The position numbers and the translations under genes are program-made. A stretch of 62,989 nt of DNA, the filler included, from Choristocarpus tenellus KU-1152 (Eukaryota; Protista; Phaeophyceae), in the NCBI GenBank assembly GCA_964200185.2. It is 6 parts of 6 records of this genome, joined end to end, with 100 filler letters (N's around TTAATTAATTAA, not from the genome) between each part and the next. Parts side by side here need not be neighbours in the genome. Positions count along the whole stretch, not along the records: positions 1 to 29,310 come from CAXNAD020000110.1; positions 29,411 to 38,080 come from CAXNAD020004460.1; 4 more parts are not named here. One strand, written 5' to 3'. Positions 26,401 to 37,600 of this stretch are shown here, one piece after another (the first letter of the stretch is position 1; every line of letters begins with the position of its first letter). Below the pieces are notes generated by a model. That model was not told where the DNA came from, did not search any database, and was given only the letters and a program-made list of their open reading frames with translations.

Positions 26401-27946
26401 TCGCAGACTGTTCCTGACTGGGCTTTTGGTGGTCATTATCCCCCATTCTTCTGGGCAGGTGGCGATAGGCTGCATGTTTGCCTTCCTCAGGTTGGTTGTT
26501 TGAAGAGGTAATAACCAACTGTAACAGTGGCAGCTAACATTATGGAACATTTCCATGTAAGGTGCTCATATTGATCCCAACTCAGCGTTACTGTGTACAT
26601 AAACTGTAAGGTTTGCAATTAGGAGAACAGTGGTTTGCACTGAGCCAAAAGACTGTAGCAAAATCTATTTCACGGTCCATACATGCGGTTCTTATCTCTC
26701 GTTATAGTGATGATACTCTGTGCACCTTCCAACATGAAGTGGTAAGTGCATGGAGATTAATGAGTCAAAAGTATCCCTTGACCCTAGCTGGTGCTCAGTT
26801 CTTGAAGTCCTGTCCTAAACATCTTTAGTATTTTGGCGTTATGACACTGACCCACCTGAATTCCGTCCCACATTGGTGGCACCCTTGCAAGGGCAGTCTC
26901 ATGCTATTTGAACTCCTTCGACCTCACCTAGACCCATCGGACAGGATGCTTTACAGAACGGTAAGTTGCTTGTGTTGTGAACTGAAGTTTTTATGGTTAC
27001 AATTAAATCGACTAGAAGAATTCAATTAATTTGGTTGAACTATTGGCGCATGAGGTGACGCACATGAAAAACTCCAAATTCTCGGTAGGTCTTAGCAGGC
27101 AGATCCGACATCATCACAAGGAGACGTGTAGTGAGTTGTGGGTGCAAGAGGGTACAAGACACCTTGTGACGAATATGTGCTTGCTGTGGTGTCTGAAATA
27201 TTCAGTCACACCTCTGCTTGGTTTTGATTTTTGAAATTTCGGAATAATCGAACCTTTTCGCTTCACTTAATTCAGTTATGCCTATCAATTGAACTGTCAC
27301 GGTTCACATGTTATCCCACGATTTGAAGAAAATTACTCTCTGCCGTCAGGAGATGTGCTGCAAGTAATGTAGCCAAGTTGTACAGGGCGGCTAATTGTAG
27401 TAGTGTACTGAATCAAGTTGTGAGTAGTTTTCAATCTTTCTGGCATTTGGAGGGAAGTGCTCGATGTTGTGAACCGTCAACTTTGGAATGAAGGAGACGA
27501 AGAGACATGTGGCAGGTCCTAAGTTGGACTTGCAAAGATTTAGGGATGCTGTAACAGTTCTAATTTATCGATATGACTTAAGTGGCAAATCTTACGTTTA
27601 ACGACCAAGGTGTATTCTCCACAAGCTGCAAAATCCAACTGCTAGTTTCAGTCACACTTACCATGTGCATTTGTTGGAAACTGGACAGGGCTGCCTTGTT
27701 ATCTTCTTCACCAACTTCCTTGGGCTCATGATCAAAGCAGAGGTAGCTGTGACAGAATCAGACGAGAGTGCTATCTATGCAGTGCTCTTAATCATTGCAA
27801 ATGTGTTCCTCTTGATCTCGGTGTGGTGTTCTACATGGGTTTCCCTGTCAGCTGCTCTACGACCGAAAAACATTCAGTTGGAATTTTTCGAGTTTGATTT
27901 ATCACAAAATGAAGAGGAAACGTCTGCTCAAAACAGGTGGGTTTAA
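2427..27946 (+). CDS. Spliced 28-exon gene, about 1534 aa: signal peptide + Pmp-like (GGAI/FxxN) right-handed beta-helix ectodomain + Cys-rich stalk + about 9-TM C-terminal domain (adhesin/receptor-like membrane protein)
   Basis: Exons, joined with consistent phases: 2427-2975, 3085-3250, 3513-3832, 4401-4643, 6036-6308, 6557-6661, 7169-7263, 7933-8044, 8514-8621, 8957-9089, 10033-10217, 10803-11032, 12683-12893, 13255-13362, 19146-19215, 19722-19870, 21631-21877, 22302-22324, 22752-22891, 23831-23991, 24349-24470 (GC donor), 24889-24972, 25285-25423, 25636-25748, 26087-26179, 26387-26490, 26897-26960, 27689-27946. Total 4605 nt = 1535 codons, no internal stop. N-terminus MRRVSFCLFAGLVTIAQP is signal-like. 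Repeats include GGAIRI, FESN..GGAIYA, FQNN..GGALSV, FSTN..GGAING. Stalk GVDCSEPG..LIEGFWR..EC..AC.GG..YCLEGYQGPYCTLC. TM-region motifs KIVVVVWQITSQF, VFQTFACE..YLSADLRISC, YPVGVP, FLWRSYRP..YEVIECFRRLFLTG. A possible donor at 27937 could add a further 3' exon. Confidence 0.9.
13522..13779. mobile_element. MITE family B (258 bp), intronic copy, flanks AAA/AAA
   Basis: Imperfect 23-bp TIRs GAGTGAAAGTATCTTAAAGGGTA ... TACCCTCTAAGATACTTTGGCTC. Colinear over its full length with 55838-56096. Confidence 0.8.
23400..23669. mobile_element. MITE family C (about 270 bp), diverged intronic copy
   Basis: Ends GAACCATAGTATCCTTGACGG ... GCCTCTAGGATACTGTGATCC. Internal blocks CCAGTTTGATGCCCG, GATTTTCCTT, GGGAATGGAAA.GGAAGG, AGGGTCA and ACACCTGA are shared with 30265-30539. 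TSD unclear. Confidence 0.6.
27090..27310. repeat. Old dispersed repeat, related to the reverse complement of about 29960-30185
   Basis: Exact 16-mer ATTGAACTGTCACGGT plus ordered short blocks (AGATCC, GTTGTGGG, GACGAA, TTCAGT, GAATA). Confidence 0.4.
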
Positions 27947-29152
27947 CGTGATAACTCAACAATTTTTTTTGCATCTAACTCAGAACCCCATAATGTGTAT
28001 AATTTTTCTGCTGCATATACATGGTGAACTCTTCAAACAATGTTGGGATGAGATTTGTCAGAGTGGTACAAGCTTTTCCTGCCAAGCACCGTTTGGGATT
28101 TAGCATATTTCTCTTACGTTTTGACTCATCCATAACAAATAATGCGGGAAGCAAGGTTGAACTCGCTGCCTTAGCATGAGTGGTCGATTATCAGATACAG
28201 TGGTTAGGTTTATTTGAAAAGGTAGTGAATGAAACATGTGATTCGAGGTAGTACTCTCATTCAATCACATTAACAGTTCTTCAAAGTAGAGTGGGATTCT
28301 CAAATGTGTTCTCAAGTCTTGTTCAGTTCCACGAATCATCCTTAGGACCTCAGGAGGAGGTCTGAGTGTTCACTGCTTCTTCTTCAACGCGGTGCAGCTT
28401 TACCTTGCTCTGCCATTGAAGAGATAGCATATCAGCATGCCACATGAATTTCTATTTTCATGTATGCTTCCCACAACCCTGCCGCATTCCAATCATGAAT
28501 CAGGTGTAACAGCGAGAGTATTAGGTTGAACTCGAGCAAAGGCAGGAACAAGAAAGCTTTTTCATTTAACTTGGATGAACCAGGTTCCCATGTCCACCTC
28601 TCTCCTGCGTGATATTATTCAAGATGATCAATTCAAGACATTTATGAGAGGAAATGCTTTGTCAAGGGACAAAGTGGAGGATGAAGTCAATATATCATTG
28701 ATATTGAAGATCCAGTTTGACTATGATGCTGCAAATTCTCTTGAGTTCAGCTTTGTTCATGTTATTGGTGGTGAAATATGTGCTTACTAGGTCAGTATGG
28801 TCGCGTTTTGATTCAGAAGTGAAATGTAGATCTTATTTGAGTATTAATTTCTATTTTTGCAACTGATATTGCTATTCCACTTTGATTGTCAGGATTTACT
28901 TCACATTCAAATTGTGGTTGCGGAATGTGCTAACAATGCAGAACCTGGGTAGAGGAAAATTGTGCTGTGTAATTCATACAGATAGGTTCCTTGAAATAAC
29001 TCTGGATTACAGCTTGTACGCAGAGGTGTGTTTGAATGGTGGTGTAGGTCCCTCCTGGATTAAGCTGAAACTTTTGCTTCTGCAGAAGAGCTCACAATTT
29101 TGGCTTCAATGTGGTGCTTGAAGATATTTTCTGTATCTATTGTGAGCTGAAT

Positions 29153-29310
29153 GGCTTAATGTATCTTGGGGTGGGTGGCGACCGTTCATTCGGGGTCCAT
29201 TTTCTTTTTCGCGATTTTTTCGGTGAATTTGGTTAGATGCGTTGGATGGATAATTTAAGTACACATCGCCTAGTCAGGGCCCAAATGGACACCCTGGTGT
29301 AGACTCCCCC
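29153..29310. mobile_element. MITE family A, truncated at contig end
   Basis: GGCTTAATGTATCTTGGGG...CCAAATGGACACCCTGGTGTAGACTCCCCC, colinear with 36309 to about 36468. Confidence 0.75.
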
Positions 29311-29410
29311 NNNNNNNNNNNNNNNNNNNNNNNNNNNNNNNNNNNNNNNNNNNNTTAATTAATTAANNNNNNNNNNNNNNNNNNNNNNNNNNNNNNNNNN
29401 NNNNNNNNNN
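29311..29410. other. Artificial contig linker
   Basis: 44 N + TTAATTAATTAA (stops in all six frames) + 44 N. Confidence 0.97.
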
Positions 29411-29435
29411 CCCCCCCTCCCAGATACTTTGGGTC
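29411..29435. mobile_element. MITE family A right terminus at contig start
   Basis: CCCCCCCTCCCAGATACTTTGGGTC matches the right TIR of the 36309 copy. Confidence 0.65.
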
Positions 29436-30264
29436 ATGTGTGTGTATTTTGTTTCTTCCTACCTAACCATTGACAACGTTTTCCCCCACGTATTTGAGAA
29501 CTCCAACAAATGCGAATATATGTGATTATTATACACAGTATACTAAAATCCCGCTTCTCATTTTTCGTCCATGACAGACAAAATCTATATCTGCAAAATT
29601 CAATTGCGCATGAAATAATGTGTGTATATCCGAGTTGAGTATCAATGGTCGGAGTAAAGGTGAAGAGAAGGAGATCGTGACGACAATGAAATACATATTC
29701 TACCACTTCGCGTCTAGCAATAGGTACAAACAAATGTAAATTATATTCTAAGGGTCATATTAAATATTCATAGTAACACTCCATTTGCATTGTGGCATTG
29801 ATGGACCACCCCGAACCAAACTAACCCTCCACACACTACAGTTACCGGATAACTTCCCCCAGAAACCCCTATCACAACACAAACGCATCAGCCAACAGCA
29901 CATACTGTGGACCGGGAAAATAATTACTCATGTTTCAGAATTGGGGTAGGACTAGTTTTGCTGTGGACCGTGACAGTTCAATCGCCTTCTGGTCGATTCA
30001 TCGGAATAACCGAAAAAATTAACTGAAAAAAATCGGCTATTCGTTTTTGTCAAATTACAGTACGAACAGGATTATGACTACTGAACGTATCAGGGGTCAC
30101 AGAATGAAATGTTCGTCGCAGCTTGTCACAACCCACAACCCACAACCCACTTCAATGCTCGTTGGTCTGGATCTACTGCTGGGATCTGTGGAGCCTTCGG
30201 AGATTTTACCTCACAACACCAACAAATAAAAAACGCACAAATCGGGGGTGTTTTCTCAACAGTT

Positions 30265-30539
30265 GGTCCATTGTATCCTAAAGGGTTGAGGCGGTTAGGC
30301 CAGGTTATCCATTCAGCAATTGAAGGAGTGTTTTAAAACACTCCAGTTTGATGCCCGCCTTGCTTTGATTTTCCTTCGGGTTTGGTCCAGGTAGGGGAAT
30401 GGAAAAGGAAGGTTCGTCTACAACAAGGAAACCAACTACCCTTATATCTGAAAAGTTAACTCAAGTGTATTGAAAATCATTAGAGGGTCATAAAGGCCTC
30501 AAATGAACACCTGATCCCCTCTCTAGGATATTATATAGG
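30265..30539. mobile_element. MITE family C, second copy
   Basis: GGTCCATTGTATCCTAAAGGG ... CCCTCTCTAGGATA, colinear with 23400-23669. Confidence 0.55.
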
Positions 30540-30660
30540 CCACTTAATTGCAACACTAAATTGTTTCTGTTGACAACACTAGTACGGATGGAATTGTTCC
30601 CTCAATATTATTTTTTAAATAGTGCATTTGAGGGGGATCATCTGTCTGTCGGTCTCGATC

Positions 30661-30840
30661 TAATTTTATTATGATGCCTCTGACATTTTGCAGATGTGTC
30701 AGGCGGGAATCCAATGAAAACTATACACATTGTCAGTATAAGCCCTAAAGAAATTAAATGTCCTAGATGTGAAAGACACCAATCCATTTGTTACTTCACC
30801 ACTATGTTATACTACTGCCTTCCTGTGTCTCCAAGATCTA
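30661..30840 (-). repeat. Dispersed repeat family E, reverse copy
   Basis: Reverse complement shares CACAGGAAGGCAGTAGT, TGGTGAAGTAAC, TAGGGCTTATAC, TATAGTTTTCATT and CCTGACACATCTGCAAAATGTCAGAGG with 72-250. Confidence 0.75.
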
Positions 30841-33318
30841 TATTCCCACAATAAGGAGAAAAAAAGATTGGACGTAATAATTATATTCCTTGGATAAAAT
30901 TAGATTGTTACGACCTTTGAGCGACTAAATTCCGTCGATCATACCTTTATCACGGTGAGGAGGCCTCCCACAACCCTTCCATAAGAGAAATTACTTAGCC
31001 ATATCTATATATCCTACACACAACCCGCCAAACAAATTGGTACAACAACACTAACATGGATCAACGTAGCCAATCTGATTAAGGTCAGATCCCTCGTGAA
31101 CGTGGGAGGCCCTGAGCCCATGTTTGGCGTTTGAATGATCAGTTGGTCAGAATCCGTCAACCACAGCCTGAACCCTTGTCCTGATGGTGCCAACCTCAAT
31201 CATGAGGGAGTCCCTGCTGCCGCCACTGCTGCTGCTGCTGCTGCTGCTGCTGCTAAAATACCGATGGAACCGACGAGCTGTTGTGCACTTGAGTTGAGTC
31301 AGCAGATTTCCAGGACCTACATGCAACCAACCCTTGAGTAAAACCTCAAGAAGCGTCTAACTCGTAAACTCAAGCACCCTCAGAGTGCATCTTTGAGGTG
31401 CACCACTCCGTCGGATTGTGTATTTATAGTCCCTAACACATATACTCAAAGCAATATATAGAGCTTGAGTTTGGTCCACCGCACATAGTTTGAGAAAAAT
31501 AACAGAATTCCAGCTGCACAGTGGAAAAGGCAGGCAAGGCCTAGGATATCCAACCTGTTAATTGCGCACATCAAGAGTTTGACATATTAAAGGACCGCTT
31601 GGAAGTATGTCAATTTCTTTCGTGCTGTTGTATGCATGTGCGAGTGCCTGCCATATTGTAAGAAACCTTGTTTACAAGGTTTTCTTATGTAGTGGTAGAG
31701 TGTGGGAGGAGGAAGGTTGTTGAGAGCGTGTTGTGAATTATATACCAGTACGCATGAGAAAAATCCGATTTCAAGTACATAAACTTGTGTGTAGGCAGTT
31801 AGCAGTTACAGGTGTTGTTGTCTCAGTAGGTTTGTTATTTTGTTGTTTTTGAATACACTACAACTCTTGTCTTACTTGCTGGTGTATCCAAAGGACTTTC
31901 CGGTTAGCAATACAGACTTTGTTGTTGTATCGTGTTTGTGGTATTCCTTACGTTATGTTCTTTCCTGTTCCCTCCACGACAACATCTGCATAATATCAAT
32001 GGACATGGTGATGTATATGAGGGGTAGTGGGGGGCGAAATTGAAGATAGGCATATATGTGTGTGTGTGTGTGTTTGTTACAGTCTATTCGCCTCTAACAT
32101 ATATATATATATATCTTCTTGCCATGCATCCAAAATTGCTGGCATCCATCCGACGTTCCTGAACCTCAAGGTCCCTAGATCCTCCTGAAGGTTTGAGCCA
32201 TCCTTTCCTAGTAAAGGGTCAATTTAGGCCCTTTCAAGTGTAATAGTTTTGACCTTTGCCAAACAATTCATTCTCACGGCTGAATAGCCACTAACCCTCC
32301 TTACGATGCTGTGGCTGCAGGAAAGAGGACGAAAACTCGGCTGCCTAACTGCAAAGTCGGCCTCCTGAGTGATACTTCGAAGTGTAAGCATACGTACAAG
32401 AAGACAGTCACAACAACCCCTGAATACTTGACGACACCCCTCTATAGGACACAAATAGCTCTTTGGGGATGAGGGTCAAGCTGGTCACTCCTTATATAAC
32501 CTCGCTTTTCCACGCTAGGGCTTGAGGATTGAGTCAATGAGTTTCTGCTGGGATGCCTGTGCTCATAAGGACACAGTTGAAGGGTAGGTTGCACTTATTA
32601 TGTGTAACGGATGCGAGAAAGTGAAGTTACGGCTTTGGTGTGAGCATTACAAAGCACAGAGGGCTGTCTCCGTATAATGTTGACAGAGATATTATCTCTT
32701 TGCCAAGTTTGAAGTAGCAAATCATGAAATGCTTGAAGCCCGGTATAGGAAAAGGATATAATCAACCTAGCGCCAGATATTGTGCTTTCCCCAGCAGCGT
32801 CTTAAGTCTGGGATATATTTGCACAATGGAGGAGCATGACGAGGAGTTAGTAGATCATGATGTCATAGCTGAAGAGTTCTACAATTAGAAGAGTCAAGGG
32901 AGCGCAAGTAAGAACAAGATTGCGACACCTTCATTTTAGATGCAACTGCCGTCAGGCAGGACAACTTGCAAAAAGGTGTATGATATACAACCAAAAAGAA
33001 AGCTCAAGTTCACCTCAAAACACGAACATTTAACAGCGCTACCATACAAAAATATATATTTCGACACTTTATCCCAGTCAATTTTGGGTCAAGCCCATCC
33101 TCAATGAAAAGCTCCATCCTCAATTTTTGAAATCGGCTGTTATTTGTGACAGGCGAATAGTGCGAGCATTGTTACTCGCGTTCTAACAAGTGCGAACAAT
33201 ATACGATATTAGTAACACATAGGTAGACTTACAGAATAAATGCTGATTTCATAGAAGGTACAGAGTAAGATTCGTAATGCATACGTAGCATTACAGAAGA
33301 AAACGTCAAAGTTCCTAA

Positions 33319-33328
33319 NNNNNNNNNN
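33319..33328. other. Scaffold gap (10 N)
   Basis: Run of 10 N without linker. Confidence 0.95.
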
Positions 33329-34025
33329 GAAGTTGCAGAATAAAGGTTTATGATTGGAGTACGTATAGAGCAGTTGCATAGAAGACCAAAGAAATTGGGT
33401 AGACGATGAAAATATTAAGAGAGCTTTGGGTCAAATCCATTACCCCCCTTAAAACAGTTTTTTTGATCTTGAACTTAACATTGAGTCGAGCTTTGAGTTA
33501 CACACTCAGTGGAGTATGGGGAGAAAAGGCTGCCTGACACCCTACAAACTGTTACCAAGGGCAACGTCCCCATAGCGTCGTTTTATGATCTTTGGATTTG
33601 AGTTGCATATCCTGTGGAGATGAGTTCTGGGGCACGCTGTAACAGTGTGTATGAATGTATGTATGGGGGGTGGACTAAAAGGGAGCAACAGTGGAGCAGC
33701 GCCTACACAGATTGCACCAATGACAGTACAAGTGGCGATGTCAACGCAAATGATATCAACACCTGGCTACTGCATTTGCCATTCCTTCCGCCATTGAATC
33801 CATGCTCCTCGTAACTAAGTAGTACTAGTTGGTATTATACCAAAAATAGACCTCCACGCTCAGGAAGGAAGTATAATTGTGTTGGTTTGCTGTCCTGGTT
33901 AATGAAGGCCTTCCCCAAGACCAATAACGACAGTAGTAGTGGTACTTGGTTGGGAGGTGATTTGATAACTGTATTCATACTTACGACAACTGCTACTTTT
34001 ACAAGGGTCCTTGTGATATTGGTTT

Positions 34026-34300
34026 GGCTTTCCCCCTGTCATCTGCAAAATGTAAGAAGGGACAATAATTGGTTTTCCCCCTGACACATCTATCTGCAAA
34101 ATGTCAGAAGGCATAAAAAAATAATATTAATATATTCAAAGTCTTCCAAACTGCCATGTACCGAGGTAGGCGTCTTTCGTCGGTATAAAGTTTCTGCTCC
34201 CCATCTCACACTCCCTGTCTGTCTTCATGTCACTGATATTGGATCTCGTATATATTACTATGCCATCTGACATTTCACAGATGTGTCAGGGAAAAACCAA
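34026..34300. repeat. Cluster of family E hairpin motifs (two direct, one inverted)
   Basis: Forward copies at 34026-34064 (degenerate) and 34071-34116; reverse copy at 34259-34300. Confidence 0.65.
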
Positions 34301-35084
34301 AATAAAAAACCATATAGGGAGAACCACCACTACTACTGTAAATACAACAGGACGTTGTCATCATCGTGCGCCTCCCACCCTTATCCATCTCCTTGCGCCA
34401 GCTCTATCTAAGTGATGCGACTGTACTACCAACGTTCAATATTGATAAATTATCTTCGCATTACATCTCTGAAGTGATGAGTAGTGGTGAAAACCTCTGG
34501 TGAAATATATTACTACAAAAGACTTGAGAAATAATGAAGATCCTACAGAAGTAGAAGAACTTAATATAGTAGTAGTAGCAGTCGTAGTAGCAGTAGTAGT
34601 ATTGGAAGTAGGAATAGCTATTATTATTTTAATTTATAATTACACTATTTGTTGCACAGTAACCATGCGTCACGATCCCGATCAGCGATCAGACACACTA
34701 CAGTGTTAGGCATTCGCCTCCTGTGTCAACTTTGTCGTGCCATAACTTTTGACCAACAACAATTTTCTTCATGAAAATTCGTTTGTTGTAATAATCGCAT
34801 GAATGAGTATGCTTAACTTTATTTGATGGGTCTCGGTTGGTCAACTTGCAGTAATCGCGAGAAATACAGGACCACACTTAAATCAAGTAGTCCGTGCGCA
34901 CGGCATTTAAGGATGATTTTGACGCCTGAAGAGGTCATGTTCACCCGGAGAACATGAGCGTCTTTGTCTCTCCATTATCTTTCCATTATTTCCCGTTTAT
35001 GCGATGTTGTCACCTGCTAGCTAAGGCTCACTCATGGGGGCCCAGGCCTCAGAACCAGACAATCTATGTCAAGTCAAGTGAGGT

Positions 35085-35400
35085 ATTCTGAAGGTGCAGG
35101 CCTCTTGTGAGACTTAAATGTCTTGTATACCCTGTCCAATTAAGTGCACTCCATGCCTTTTTTGTTGGGATATATCAGGTGGTAAGTAATACTCAATCTG
35201 AAAAACCTCTCCGCAATTACTCTGGACAGTCTCCCTTCCTCCTTAAGACTGACAGGAATGTTGGCTCTCATTCCAGGCAACGTGTGGTCACACTGGCCTC
35301 GTATATAGTGTTTCGCCCGCCCCCAGACCATCTCTATTGGGTTCAATTCACAGTGATACTTCGGAAGTATCTAGCAGTGTCCTCGACGACGCTTAACCAG
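35085..35400 (-). mobile_element. Decayed Tc1/IS630-like (DDE_3-type) transposase C-terminal fragment
   Basis: Minus frame reads RRGHC*ILPKYHCELNPIEMVWGRAKHYIRGQCDHTLPGMRANIPVSL...*LDRVYKTFKSHKRP. It carries the LPK.HCELNPIE..WG.AK.Y.R..CD catalytic-E motif and two in-frame stops. Confidence 0.8.
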
Positions 35401-35467
35401 AATCGTGTCCTGTGAGTGGCTTAAACAGTATTAAACTGAGGTTATCCCACGCACCTTTTTAACGGTG

Positions 35468-35780
35468 ACCAATCTCGATTTTTTTGAAGGGTTACCCAAC
35501 GAGTTAATCGATGATTAGCATATCAAATGAAAGCTCTGGATCTAAGCTATCGATTTCTGGAAAGGAATTCTTTCGCAAAAATATTTTTGGTTCTGATAAT
35601 TTATTCCAGAACATTTTCAAGGTTGTGACAAAAACATTCGGTTAAAGTTTAACTTTGCCAAAATAATTTTGTGAAAGAATCCCATTCCAGAAATCGATAG
35701 CTTAGATCAAGAGCTTTCATTCGATATTCTGATCGTCGTTTAACTCGTTGGGCAACCTTTTCAAAACAATCAAGACTGGT
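35468..35780. repeat. Long foldback: about 123-bp inverted arms with a 67-bp spacer (probable non-autonomous DNA transposon)
   Basis: Arm 35468-35590 (..CCCAACGAGTTAATCGATGATTAGCATATCAAATGAAAGCTCTGGATCTAAGCTATCGATTTCTGGAA..) pairs with 35658-35780 (..TTCCAGAAATCGATAGCTTAGATCAAGAGCTTTCATTCGATATTCTGATCGTCGTTTAACTCGTTGGG..) with scattered mismatches. Confidence 0.85.
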
Positions 35781-35785
35781 ATCAT

Positions 35786-36096
35786 CCTATATCACAGGCG
35801 ATATGTCTTGATGGCGGTTTCATAAACACCATTATGACATTGAAGTTCTAGATTTGATATATTTACTTCTTGATTATTTATTTATTATTTGGTCATTATG
35901 GTCCCCGATCGTGATAAGACATCGTTGATCTGTTCCTTTTTTATACGATGATATTGACGATAATCCAAGTGAGATCCAGCATACTTGACGACTTGTGCGT
36001 CTGGAGTCCTATACGCGCATCAGTATCATCTATAGGCCCGTATATCGGAGCTATACATTCTGTGGAGGTGAGCTCTGAGGGGCGCCTGTAACACCT
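35786..36096 (-). repeat. Dispersed repeat family D, reverse copy with about 48 extra bp (35941-35988)
   Basis: Reverse-complement match to 1022-1292. Confidence 0.8.
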
Positions 36097-36308
36097 AGAG
36101 GTGACACTGCCAACACTATACACACTCCACTACCTCTCGTACTTACTAACTGTTTCACTTACTGTGCTATGGTTCCGCTCCTCGCTTGATTCTTGGGAAT
36201 TGAGTTCAGCACTCCCACTGGTGGTCACTGTGTTTCCTCCCGAAGATTCTCCTCCCGAAGATTCCCCACCTTGATCTTGTTCCAGCGTTTTGCGGTATTG
36301 CACAGACA

Positions 36309-36489
36309 GGCTCAAAGTATCTGGGGGGGGTGGCGGCTGTCCATTCGGGATCAATTTTTTTCATATCGCGATTTTTGGGTGATTTGGTTGCATACGTCGG
36401 ATGGATAATGAAAATGCACTTTTCCCGATTTTGGACCAAATGGACACCCTGGTGTAGACCTCCGCCCCCTCCCTCAGATACTTTGGTTC
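36309..36489. mobile_element. MITE family A, complete 181-bp copy, 3-bp TSD ACA (PIF/Harbinger-Tourist-like)
   Basis: Begins GGCTCAAAGTATCTGGGGG and ends CCCTCAGATACTTTGGTTC. Flanked by ACA on both sides. Subterminal GTCCATT / AAATGGAC inverted motif. Confidence 0.8.
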
Positions 36490-36577
36490 ACAGATATGGC
36501 ACAGACAGGTTGTACAATCCGCTGTGGTTGCGATGTGGAATAGGATGATCGAAATCACATTTGCACAAAAAGAAATA

Positions 36578-36649
36578 TGATGTTGAAGAGATTCAAGCCC
36601 TCTTAATCCATACAGGTAGCCACCGCTTTAACCACTGAACCGCAATGCC
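36578..36649 (-). mobile_element. tRNA-derived SINE-like head (degenerate A and B boxes), not a functional tRNA
   Basis: Minus strand GGCATTGCGGTTCAGTGGTTAAAGCGGTGGCTACC...GAGGGCTTGAATCTCTTCAACATCA has D-arm-like and T-arm-like motifs at tRNA spacing, but a poor acceptor stem and no clean anticodon arm. Confidence 0.35.
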
Positions 36650-37112
36650 TCACAACAACTATGTCATGGCAAGACATTATAGTGAGTACTTAACTTGATT
36701 AACCTGTAGATCCCAATGCTCAAAGCTGAAGTAGTCGGGTGTTCGTGGATGGTGCTGCTGATACACAATAGACACCACTGGTGGGGTAGATAATAGGATG
36801 GAGAGCTCGTGACATTGGCTCACTACTATTCACTGATTTATGTTGTTCTAGATACGCTTTTTTTAATGAAGACAAGTAAGTGATTTATAGTAAGTTGGTG
36901 TGCACGGTTGCAAACCCCACACTATAGGAAGAGTAATGGGTGCCACCGGTTGTGCGCCCCATGGGTTCAGTCAAATGGAACTGAGACCACAAGCCCCTTG
37001 TAACATACACATGATATATTCACACCAACAAGCGTTGTCCTCTACCAAGGCACGCGATTGATCATATTACCCACGGTCCAGTGTGGAATACTTCAACTTT
37101 GGGGTCCCGTAA

Positions 37113-37600
37113 TATGGTTGTGTGATATGGAAATTCCGCCAAGTTCATTATGCACGTGAAAGTTTGTTCTCATCGTTACAAATTCATCCTATCCTACATT
37201 GGATTTTGCAAACGGAAATGAACCAATAAGATGATGCACTGCAAATATGCCCCTGTTGTGACGGGTGAGTGTGACAGTATCAAGGTAGCTAGGTACCTTG
37301 CTGCATAAATCGGAGCCTCCTGTTCGCAGGGTCAGTTGGGACGAGAGAATCCAAAAAGGCGTTTTTGATGTTTGGAACAAGCTGGCGGGAAGCGGAAGAA
37401 AGGTGAACAGGAGAAGAACCGGTGGATGTGCCAGTAAGACGATCTTTAGAACCCTGGGTTCACGGTTGAGGAATGGAATACAAGGGCAACAAAATAACTC
37501 ATTCGGTACAAGTGTGTGGATGATGGAACAAAGAGCTTCATGTACAAGTGGGATGTCAAACAACCTGTGATAGTTTGCTTGCTTCATGCTGAAGAAGCAA
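37113..37600 (+). mobile_element. Degenerate 3' ORF fragment of an RTE-like non-LTR retrotransposon (LINE)
   Basis: Frameshifted pieces in the expected order: YGCVIW..HY, HRYKFILSYIGFCKRK, TGECDSIK, RSLLFAGSV..LMFGT, AGGKRKKGEQEKNRWMCQ*DDL, WNTRA, DDGTKSFMYKW. These follow the post-RT motifs of RTE-clade ORFs (LLYGC.TW, SIEA..R.RRL.FAG, RVMFG, W..C...DL, G..RFM..W). Confidence 0.65.

Noticed and set aside
28143-28185. tRNA-like 3' half on the minus strand (GAGTTCAACC B-box); similar B-box-like words near 11704 and 14251
   Set aside because: No complete cloverleaf; at most SINE debris.
29355-29366. TTAATTAATTAA palindrome recurring five times
   Set aside because: Always centred in identical N runs; an artificial six-frame-stop linker.
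31135-31341. Poly-Ala ORF
   Set aside because: Explained by a (GCT)n microsatellite; no other coding evidence.
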